Positions 44,697 through 52,518 of a DNA stretch of 64,000 nt are shown piece by piece. Source of the stretch: Patescibacteria group bacterium (GTDB lineage Bacteria > Patescibacteriota > Minisyncoccia > Moranbacterales > GWC2-37-73); assembly GCA_022709565.1 (NCBI GenBank), contig JAKLIO010000001.1, forward strand, positions 150,906 to 214,905, written 5' to 3'. The notes beneath the pieces were generated by a model. It was not told where the DNA came from and searched no databases. It was given only the letters and a program-made list of their open reading frames with translations. Within the stretch, counting starts at the first letter, position 1; each line of letters opens with the position of its first letter. Made by a program: the position numbers and the translations under genes.

Positions 44697-45659
44697 TTAG
44701 TTTAATACTGGCTCCACTTTTACCCCAATAACCCCAGCACCCAATGAAGCAATCTTGGCAAAAGCAACCTTGTCCAGATCTATAATGCGGCCCTTGCCCT
44801 GAGGACCATAGTCATTGATCTGCACAACGACCGATTTACCGTTTTCCGTATTTGTTACTTTAGCATAAGAACCTCGCGGAAGAGTTGTGCTGGCGGCAAA
44901 AAGTCCGCCTTTGAAAGCATACCACGTACCTTGCCCTCTGGCAGCTTTGCCCAGTTTCATGTATGTTCCTTGCGTAACAACTTCTTCAATCGGATCTTTT
45001 ATTCTGTTTTTTTCTAAAATTTTTCTCGATATTTCCTTGCCATCATGATACACCACTTTATATTTCACTTCATCAATGCCCTTTTCACCTTTTTTCGTAA
45101 CTTTTTTTATCCGCCAACCCAATTTATCATCTTCATTGGAAACAGTTTTAAAATCTACATCCAATTTTTTGATTTCTTCTTTAATAACCACATGCGTCAC
45201 AGCTATTTTCATTCCATCTTTGGTCAATGTCTGCCTGGCCGGATTTGTTATATCATCTTCGGAGAGATTAATATTTTTATTTTCCCAAATCGCCTGCTCA
45301 ACTGTATTTTGCAAGGTAGAGATTTCAAAAGTCTTGCTGCTTTCTTTTATTGTTATATTTTTAGCACGAAAAATTATAATTTTAGTTCCGGAATAAATTT
45401 TCACGCCCCTGTCCGGCAATACAAGATCATTTTCTTTCAAGATAATTTTCTGCTCATCCAAAAATTCCTGGACTGTTTTGGCTTTGGATTTTATTTCAAA
45501 CATCAGGCCGCTGTCTTGTAATATTATGTTATTTTGTTGAGATTCAAATTCGCTTTCTGCAGCCGAGGAGCAAACCGGTATTGCTAAAAATATAAAAAAC
45601 AAAAGAAATAAAATGTTTCTTTTTTTAACATTTATTTTGAAGATTATATTGTTTATCAT
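44697..45659 (-). CDS. secreted cell-wall protein: DUF348-like + G5 + RlpA-like double-psi beta-barrel
   Basis: Signal/TM N-terminus, a G5-like middle region (VTHVVIKEEIKKLDVDFKTVSNEDDKLGWRIKKVTKKGEKG), and C-terminal GTWYAF..LPRGSYAKVTNTENGKSVVVQINDYGPQGKGRIIDLD. The ATG at 45659 is preferred. Confidence 0.7.
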   Translation of the reverse strand: MINNIIFKINVKKRNILFLLFFIFLAIPVCSSAAESEFESQQNNIILQDSGLMFEIKSKAKTVQEFLDEQKIILKENDLVLPDRGVKIYSGTKIIIFRAKNITIKESSKTFEISTLQNTVEQAIWENKNINLSEDDITNPARQTLTKDGMKIAVTHVVIKEEIKKLDVDFKTVSNEDDKLGWRIKKVTKKGEKGIDEVKYKVVYHDGKEISRKILEKNRIKDPIEEVVTQGTYMKLGKAARGQGTWYAFKGGLFAASTTLPRGSYAKVTNTENGKSVVVQINDYGPQGKGRIIDLDKVAFAKIASLGAGVIGVKVEPVLN

Positions 45660-45677
45660 TATCAACGTCTTACAATT

Positions 45678-45830
45678 AGAATTTACACTTTTGTTTTTTC
45701 AAGGAACTTAGCGAAGGCGTCTCAAAACTTTAGAATTTGGTAAAAATATTATTGAATTACTAAGTTATTTTCCAAACAAAAAAACTTAAGCGCCGGAGTA
45801 GTGTATTGAAAAAATAAAAGTGTAAATTCT
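45678..45830. repeat. long palindromic element with GC-rich islands
   Basis: Arms AGAATTTACACTTTTGTTTTTT / AAAAAATAAAAGTGTAAATTCT, 153 bp overall. Confidence 0.65.
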
Positions 45831-45864
45831 GGACAAGTAAACATCTTCCGCGACCACACAAAAT

Positions 45865-47391
45865 TCACTCTGTTTTAAACCTGTATTGAATAGCTTCTGC
45901 CACATGATTCGATTGAATATTTTCGCTCCCGGATAGATCGGCAATCGTGCGCGCAATTTTGATGATGCGATGATAGCCGCGTGCGCTAAGTTTCAAAGAA
46001 ACTACCGCGCTCCTGAGCAGTTGCAAACATGGCTCATCCAAAAAGCAGAAGTTTTTTATTTGATCAGGTGACATTTCACTATTAGAAACTATCGGCAAAT
46101 TTTCAAATCTTTTCAATTGTATTTTCCTGGCACTTTCTACCCTGTTTCTGATATCTAAACTTTTTTCTTCATTGGATCCTTCCTGCAGTTTATCAAAACT
46201 GAGCCGTGGAACTTCTATATGCAGATCGATGCGATCCATAATCGGTCCCGAAATTTTTTGCTGATATCTGGCAATTTGTAGCGGCGTGCAGGTGCAAATT
46301 CTTTCCGGATCGGTTGCGTTCCCGCAAAAGCAGGGGTTCATGGCGGCCACTAAGATGAATCTGGCCGGAAAATGCAATGAGCCTTTGGCTCGTGAGATTG
46401 TTATCATACCATCCTCAAGCGGCTGGCGCAAATTTTCCAGCACGCTTTTGGGAAATTCGGCAAATTCATCCAAAAATAGCACTCCCCGGTGCGCCAAGCT
46501 TATTTCTCCCGGTTTTGGATAGCTGCCACCGCCAATTAGCGAGACGCTGCTGGCGCTGTGATGCGGATTACGATACGGCCTAGTTGTTATCAAAGATTGA
46601 CCTTTATGTAATTTTCCGGCCACGGAAAATATTTTAGTAATTTCCAGCGATTCACTCATAGTTAGTTGCGGCAAAATTGTCGGCATGGCTTTGGCCAAGA
46701 GTGTCTTGCCTGATCCCGGTGGGCCATTGAGAATCACATTGTGTCCACCGGCCGCCGCAATTTCCAAAGCTCTCTTAGCATGCTGTTGTCCTTTAATATG
46801 CGCCATATCAATCGGATATTCGCCAGTTGAAAACAAAGCTTCGCCGGAAATCTCCGGAAAATAATCGATGTGCCGATTGCCGGAAAAATGATCAGCCAAA
46901 GAATACAAAGTATCCACCGGCACAATATTGATGCCTTTCACCACGCTGGCCTCTGAAGCGTTTTCATTAGGAACGTACAATTCGCGAAAGCCTTTTTCCT
47001 TGGCTAGAAGCGCAATTGGCAAAATTCCCTGAATTGGACGCACGCGCCCATCTAGAGAAAGTTCTCCCACGACCATCCGGCCGTTAAAATCAAATTGCAG
47101 TTGTTTGGTCGCTAACAAAAATCCCACCGCTATCGGTAGGTCGTAAATTGGACTGGCTTTGGGAAGATCGGCTGGCGCCAGATTGACAGTGATGCGTCCG
47201 CACTGGTGCGGCGGCTTGAAACCACTGTTTTTGATGGCGCTACTCACCCGATCGCGCGATTCTTTGATGGCCGTGTCCGGCAGACCGACAATATTGAAAT
47301 TGTGCAGACCGGCACCCAGCACATCAACCTCCACCTCCACTACTTCGCCGTCCAGCCCGATTGTCGCCGCTGAATATATTTTGGAAGACAT
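45865..47391 (-). CDS. comM: YifB/ComM-family Mg-chelatase-like AAA+ ATPase
   Basis: Lon-protease-like N-domain, GPPGSGKT Walker A, VLFLDEFAEF Walker B, and a C-terminal HTH-like region; 508 aa. Confidence 0.9.
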   Translation of the reverse strand: MSSKIYSAATIGLDGEVVEVEVDVLGAGLHNFNIVGLPDTAIKESRDRVSSAIKNSGFKPPHQCGRITVNLAPADLPKASPIYDLPIAVGFLLATKQLQFDFNGRMVVGELSLDGRVRPIQGILPIALLAKEKGFRELYVPNENASEASVVKGINIVPVDTLYSLADHFSGNRHIDYFPEISGEALFSTGEYPIDMAHIKGQQHAKRALEIAAAGGHNVILNGPPGSGKTLLAKAMPTILPQLTMSESLEITKIFSVAGKLHKGQSLITTRPYRNPHHSASSVSLIGGGSYPKPGEISLAHRGVLFLDEFAEFPKSVLENLRQPLEDGMITISRAKGSLHFPARFILVAAMNPCFCGNATDPERICTCTPLQIARYQQKISGPIMDRIDLHIEVPRLSFDKLQEGSNEEKSLDIRNRVESARKIQLKRFENLPIVSNSEMSPDQIKNFCFLDEPCLQLLRSAVVSLKLSARGYHRIIKIARTIADLSGSENIQSNHVAEAIQYRFKTE

Positions 47392-47527
47392 CTTTTAGAT
47401 AATTTGAATTTAAAATTTGAAATCCCTGTCTGTCGATAAACAGTAAATCTTGATAAATAAATGTCTAGAACATTAAGAAATTATTGATTTATCCAAAATT
47501 AAAAATTAGAAATTTATTATTTTATTC

Positions 47528-48058
47528 TCATGCCCCTGCTTTTTCAGTTTTTTCGGTATTTGCTCTTTCATAAAGAACCATAAGATAGACCAGCAAATTT
47601 ACAATGATTGAAATAGGCAAAACGCCTAAGCCAGGAAAACTATCAAATAAACTACCCGCAACCCAGAGAGCTATTTTTAGCATTAATCTTGCTTTAAGCT
47701 TGCCATGCACTTTTTCTTCCACTTCCGAAAACTTAGCCAATTGCATCATCATAATACCAAAAATGGTGTTGAGTATAGAAACGATAAAGGAAAACGGATA
47801 AAGAATAACCAGCGCTTGGCAGACAACATCTATAATTTCTTTCAATATAGTGGCCACCATCATGCAAAGATAAGGCTGATCTTTGAATAGATTCATTTGC
47901 CCCAATAAAGCAAAGGGATTAAAAGTTTTTTTTCTGGCTATACCACTCTTTTTAAGCTCTTTCTTGTTCTTACTGCCCGAATTTATCGGACGACTGTCTT
48001 CAGCTAGTGCTCGAGATTTTTTTAAATCCTCATTGTATTGTTCATTGGTATAAGACAT
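47528..48058 (-). CDS. membrane protein (about 3-4 TM) downstream of virB4
   Basis: Basic N-terminal 50 aa followed by hydrophobic helices. The ATG at 48058 is preferred over the TTG at 48064; no family recognised. Confidence 0.5.
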   Translation of the reverse strand: MSYTNEQYNEDLKKSRALAEDSRPINSGSKNKKELKKSGIARKKTFNPFALLGQMNLFKDQPYLCMMVATILKEIIDVVCQALVILYPFSFIVSILNTIFGIMMMQLAKFSEVEEKVHGKLKARLMLKIALWVAGSLFDSFPGLGVLPISIIVNLLVYLMVLYERANTEKTEKAGA

Positions 48059-48086
48059 AGTCAAAAAATTTCAAGTTATACTTCCA

Positions 48087-49919
48087 CTAGTTGCCTTCCT
48101 CTTCCGCTTCAAGGTCTTTCTTGGCTTGTTCAATTTCCATCAGCTGGCGCGGATCAGATGTGATTATTTGATCCTCGGCATAGGAAGCAATGACTTTAAT
48201 CGCAACATGTTTGGCTCCGGCGAAAAGAATTCCTTCGCCAACGCCGCTTTCCAGAAGCAAGAATTTTTCCTGCTCAGTCAGATAGAAAGTATCAGAAATT
48301 GTTTCGATAGCCGCCGGCGACTGGCGCAGCAGAAACTGCAATGATGAGTTGGTAACGATTGGCTTACCGTAGCGCGATGCCATAAAATCAGCAATATCTT
48401 GAGTAATTGTAGTAAGCCCCGTGTAATATTTTCTGCAACGCTTGGCAATTCCGAACAAAAATGAGGCAGCATCTTCATTCTGCATCATAACCCAAGCCTC
48501 ATCGACAACCACTATTCTTTTCTTAAGAGAAGAGCGCATTTCATTCCAAATAAACTGCAGAACGGTGTACATAGCAATTGGACGCAACTGCTCTTCCAAA
48601 TCGCGAATATTAAAAACTACCATTTGATTATTTATCTGAACATTTGTCGTATGATTAAGCACTCCCGCAAAAATTCCTTCCGTATATTTTTCCATTCTTT
48701 TAGCAATCGACTCTCCGCCTTCCGAATTTCTGACTACCGAATAAAGATCTGCCATCGTGGGAAAAGAATTGTAGTTCAAGTTTTTAAAATCAGTCTGTGC
48801 TGTGATATCACGCAGCGCATACGTTTCACGGATTGCCACATCTAATATTGAATCTTCTTCTGGTGTGACATTTCCAAGCATAAGATGAAGAAGGCCGATC
48901 AAACTGGCAATATTACTCCTGAGAACATCCTCTGGATCTTCATCCTCTCCAATCTTAGGCAAGTCAAAAGGATTGAGATGATAATTCGAGTTCAAAGACA
49001 TTTTTATAAAAGCTCCGCCGACAGTTTCACAAAGATATTTATACTCGTTTTCAGGATCTATGACGACAACGTTTGTGCCGACCATCAATGACCTGAATAT
49101 TTCTAGCTTGACTGTATAGCTTTTTCCTCCCCCAGATTTAGCAAAAACAACCATGTTGGCATTTTCCATTTTGAATCTGTCAAATAAAATCAGGCTGTTA
49201 TTGTGACGATTGATTCCATACAAAATTCCTTCATTGGAAGAAAGATCCGAAGAAACAAAAGGAAAAGTAGTGGACAGCGGTGCCGTATTAAGGTTATTGG
49301 CTACATCCAATTCATCGTTAGCCAAGGGCAGTGTCGAAGTAAACGCTTGTTCAACTTTTAAAACGGCTGGTTTTACATAAACCATTTGGGCTTCCAGCAG
49401 TGATTCGATCTGTCTATGCATTTTTTCTACTTCTTCCAAATTGTTGCCATACAAAGTCATATATAATCCGAAGCGAAAAAATTTCTCCGTTCCCTGCTGC
49501 AATTTATCACGAAGATCTTCAATATCCTGAATAGCCGTTTCCAAGATTGGATTGCGAATTTTTCCAGATTCTTCTTCTATATGAATTTGCGACTGTACTT
49601 GCGTGGAACTTTTTCTGAGCGTTTTTAAAATTTCCGCCGTATTGATTGGATGGATAAACATGGAGGTATCCATAGAAAAATCAATATTAATTATCGGCGC
49701 AAACCAGTTGGTATGCAGATATCTGGGATAAGCCACGACGAAAATAGTTCTGGCAACTGTTTCTCCGATCTGCAGGTTATTAGCACTAATTTTCATGGCT
49801 GACGGAGCAATCAAATCTTTGATTGTCGCCACCCCTCTTTGATACAAATCTTCACTTTGCAAAAGCTCGCTATCAACCACGGGGGGTTTTTTGTTTTTAT
49901 TTATATCTAATCCAAACAT
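48087..49919 (-). CDS. virB4: VirB4/TrbE/PrgJ-family type IV secretion ATPase (short, 610 aa)
   Basis: N-terminal pattern RTIFVVAYPRYLHTNWFAPIIN, Walker A VFAKSGGGKSY, Walker B RIVVVDEAW, and TTITQDIADF. Confidence 0.85.
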   Translation of the reverse strand: MFGLDINKNKKPPVVDSELLQSEDLYQRGVATIKDLIAPSAMKISANNLQIGETVARTIFVVAYPRYLHTNWFAPIINIDFSMDTSMFIHPINTAEILKTLRKSSTQVQSQIHIEEESGKIRNPILETAIQDIEDLRDKLQQGTEKFFRFGLYMTLYGNNLEEVEKMHRQIESLLEAQMVYVKPAVLKVEQAFTSTLPLANDELDVANNLNTAPLSTTFPFVSSDLSSNEGILYGINRHNNSLILFDRFKMENANMVVFAKSGGGKSYTVKLEIFRSLMVGTNVVVIDPENEYKYLCETVGGAFIKMSLNSNYHLNPFDLPKIGEDEDPEDVLRSNIASLIGLLHLMLGNVTPEEDSILDVAIRETYALRDITAQTDFKNLNYNSFPTMADLYSVVRNSEGGESIAKRMEKYTEGIFAGVLNHTTNVQINNQMVVFNIRDLEEQLRPIAMYTVLQFIWNEMRSSLKKRIVVVDEAWVMMQNEDAASFLFGIAKRCRKYYTGLTTITQDIADFMASRYGKPIVTNSSLQFLLRQSPAAIETISDTFYLTEQEKFLLLESGVGEGILFAGAKHVAIKVIASYAEDQIITSDPRQLMEIEQAKKDLEAEEEGN

Positions 49920-50054
49920 CTGTTTTGTTTTTATGAATTAAGATTCAGTTATCAACACACTACACTTTTGCTAGCTACGGAAATCCCAACATTTTATATT
50001 TATATATGCGCCTGCCTGCCGGTAGGCAGGTACTTTATTAGTAATTAGTAAACA

Positions 50055-50744
50055 TTATTTCAATTCTACTTTTTCAATATCTTTAATTATGGAGTTGTTG
50101 CGTGTTGATGGATTGTAGGAATTATATAAAAGCTCTATAAGCTCTTCGGTCTTTAGTAGGACAATCTTAACTCCAGTCCCCCCAAGGCCTGCTGTTACGT
50201 GATCCACTCTCTGCCAAAGCTGGTTTTTATAAGTTTCAAAAAGTTCTCTTCTGCGAGCTATGCTCATTTGCGTATTTGCGGATCCCAGAAGTCTGTCAAA
50301 AAAACCGGTTTTTATATTTTCGACTGGATGAAAAGGAACGACAACATAAAAAAACTTAGACATAATATTGGATACCTCGGCTAAATTTTTAATAAAATTT
50401 TGATATTCAGAAATTTGAAAAATAAGCAGCTCGTTGTCAAGTTGAGTTTCTTTCTTCTTAAGATACTCCATATACGGCTTTATATTGAGCTTTCTGGAAC
50501 TTATGAGAATCTGCATCGGAAAATCCAGAGAGTTCAGAAAATTTTGATATTGGCTAATGATAGAGTCCTGCTCTTCGGTGGCTTTGAGATCGAAATTTAT
50601 TGATGAGACTAAAAGAACTGCCCTGAATGAGCCATCCTTAAGAATAATAACACCATCTTTAACCTCTTCCACGTCGACATATTTTTGCGTGCTTGAACCG
50701 CTATTGCCTCCGCTAGTAAGTTTTTGTGAATGCAAAAATTCCAT
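50055..50744 (-). CDS. soluble 229-aa protein between the VirB3-like and VirB4 genes; candidate detached VirB4 N-terminal domain
   Basis: No TM helix. VDVEEVKDGVIILKDGSFRAVLLVSSINFDLKATEEQDSIISQYQNFLNSLDFPMQILI resembles the start of VirB4/TraC proteins (by eye). Confidence 0.5.
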   Translation of the reverse strand: MEFLHSQKLTSGGNSGSSTQKYVDVEEVKDGVIILKDGSFRAVLLVSSINFDLKATEEQDSIISQYQNFLNSLDFPMQILISSRKLNIKPYMEYLKKKETQLDNELLIFQISEYQNFIKNLAEVSNIMSKFFYVVVPFHPVENIKTGFFDRLLGSANTQMSIARRRELFETYKNQLWQRVDHVTAGLGGTGVKIVLLKTEELIELLYNSYNPSTRNNSIIKDIEKVELK

Positions 50745-50870
50745 TTGTTTTACTAATTACTAATTATTTACCTGCCCTAATTTGCAATTCATTGCAAGCG
50801 AGCGAATATGCAAATTCCGAAAAGAATTTCATTTGTACATTTGTAATAAATTCGTACTTTCGTTGGGATA

Positions 50871-51320
50871 TTATTTTTTTACCGGAGCTTTTTTTAATAT
50901 TTCTTCCAAATCAGTACTGTACTGCGCGCCTTCGCTATCTACTAAGCGCGCCAGTCCTCTCAATTCTTCTGACGACAATTCCTTTTTCGCCGAAACAGTG
51001 GTAATTTCATTTTTTTTATGCGTTGAAGGAGCTTCTTTTTGTGGCGTTCTCTTCCAAAAATACAGCTTCGGATGAAAAAAATACATGATGCCAAATATTA
51101 TAAAATTTCCCAATGGCACACCGTATGGCTTAAAAAATGCTAGTGCCAAAAAAATCAGCGCTACTGGAAGCCCTATTAAAAAAAACAACGGACCCGGAAG
51201 CATGTTCCACATGACAATTAAAATCACTCCCATCGCTATAAGCCAACCCAGCTGTTTGGCTGTCAGGGGTCCGACAATCTTATCTTCTATATCGATGTAT
51301 TGTGGAACATTAATTAGCAT
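50871..51320 (-). CDS. PrgI-family (VirB3-like) membrane protein
   Basis: VPQYIDIEDKIVGPLTAKQLGWLIAMGVILIV followed by a second TM helix, the PrgI-family pattern as I remember it. Confidence 0.6.
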   Translation of the reverse strand: MLINVPQYIDIEDKIVGPLTAKQLGWLIAMGVILIVMWNMLPGPLFFLIGLPVALIFLALAFFKPYGVPLGNFIIFGIMYFFHPKLYFWKRTPQKEAPSTHKKNEITTVSAKKELSSEELRGLARLVDSEGAQYSTDLEEILKKAPVKK

Positions 51321-51377
51321 TTTATGTCTAAATTTCGACAGTTTATTAGCCGAAAATTTTAAAAAATTATTTATTTT

Positions 51378-52001
51378 TTAGCTAGTGGAAACACCCAAGA
51401 GTGTAGCTATTTGAGTTACGATAATCAGTGCCGACAAAGCAATAATGGTTCCAATTAAAGCATATTTGAAGGTACTCTTTCCTTTTTCTATTCTTTCATT
51501 GTCTCCGGCTGAAGTCATGTACATCATACCGCTAACCACCATCATTATCACAGACAAGGTTGCAACAATGCTTAAAAGAAGTTTCAGGGCATTCAGAGCG
51601 ATTGTTGAAAAGGCAGTAGCATTTGAAACAGTTGAATCGGTTGTAGACCAGCCTACTATCGTTGCTAATTCTTTTAAAATTGAAGGTGCTGCCAACGCAA
51701 TTACCAGACCGACACAGGCCATAGTAATGGTTTTTTTTGCTCTTTCAATTGTTGCCGATTCTCCCGTTGAAACAATATACATAATCGCGCCAACAACTAT
51801 TACAATCAGCGCTAGTGCTATAACTATTTTTTGTATCCCAGCTAATGCGGTGCTCAACACACTTTGAACCTCGGTAACTGACCCTAAAGGATTAACAAAG
51901 GTAGCACTAGTTGCAGCAAAGACGCTGCCTGATAATAGTATAATAATTAATCCAGTTAAGGCAACTGCAAAAAATATTTTTTTGTTTTTTATTTTGTTCA
52001 T
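51378..52001 (-). CDS. tandem two-domain VirB2/TrbC-like pilin
   Basis: Signal peptide ...SVFA, then two consecutive helix-loop-helix units with loops VSTGESATIERAKKT and TSAGDNERIEKGKST. Confidence 0.65.
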   Translation of the reverse strand: MNKIKNKKIFFAVALTGLIIILLSGSVFAATSATFVNPLGSVTEVQSVLSTALAGIQKIVIALALIVIVVGAIMYIVSTGESATIERAKKTITMACVGLVIALAAPSILKELATIVGWSTTDSTVSNATAFSTIALNALKLLLSIVATLSVIMMVVSGMMYMTSAGDNERIEKGKSTFKYALIGTIIALSALIIVTQIATLLGVSTS

Positions 52002-52025
52002 TTTATTTGAAAATTTTAAAATTAC

Positions 52026-52502
52026 CTATTTTGAAGCCGAGCAATCGAATGTATACCAGTTTGTAACTCCAATGCCCAAATTTGTCTGAGCCCCTATAAG
52101 GAGCATGGTTGTGTTAATAATTATGAAAGCCAAGACACAAATTACTATTCCAATAAGCGCATTCTTCATGGCATTTTTCCCCATTTCAATAAGACCGGGA
52201 TCTCCAATGGAGACAATATACAAAATACCGCCTACACACATAGCTAAAACCGCAATACCGACTGCTATCTTTAATAAATAATCAACTACATCTTTTATCC
52301 CCACAACAAGATCGCAAAGCGTGCACATATCTTGCCCGCCCCGTCCGCAAGAAACGATTCCTCCTGTTTCAGTGCTCCCCGGAACCTTTCCATCTGACAC
52401 AGTTGTATCAGCTGCTGCTATCACATTTATTGTTGGACTGAACGTACAAAAAATGGCGAAAATAACCAGCAGAAAAATTTTATTTTTATTTAAAAATTTC
52501 AT
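52026..52502 (-). CDS. VirB2/TrbC-like pilin with Cys-rich N-terminal extension
   Basis: Signal peptide ...NVIAA, a segment VSCGRGGQDMCTLCDL, a helix-loop-helix with loop VSIGDPGLIEMGKNA, and a C-terminal Cys (FDCSASK). Confidence 0.55.
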   Translation of the reverse strand: MKFLNKNKIFLLVIFAIFCTFSPTINVIAAADTTVSDGKVPGSTETGGIVSCGRGGQDMCTLCDLVVGIKDVVDYLLKIAVGIAVLAMCVGGILYIVSIGDPGLIEMGKNAMKNALIGIVICVLAFIIINTTMLLIGAQTNLGIGVTNWYTFDCSASK

Positions 52503-52518
52503 TTTATTTTTTCAAAAA

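Noticed and set aside
39828-47391. The Xer-like recombinase and MITE between the two T4SS-like blocks as evidence of an integrative conjugative element.
   Set aside because: The recombinase has ordinary XerC/D features. The intervening genes (uvrD, rsmA, comM) are core housekeeping, and no relaxase, coupling protein or att-like direct repeats were seen. This is kept only as an alternative to be excluded.
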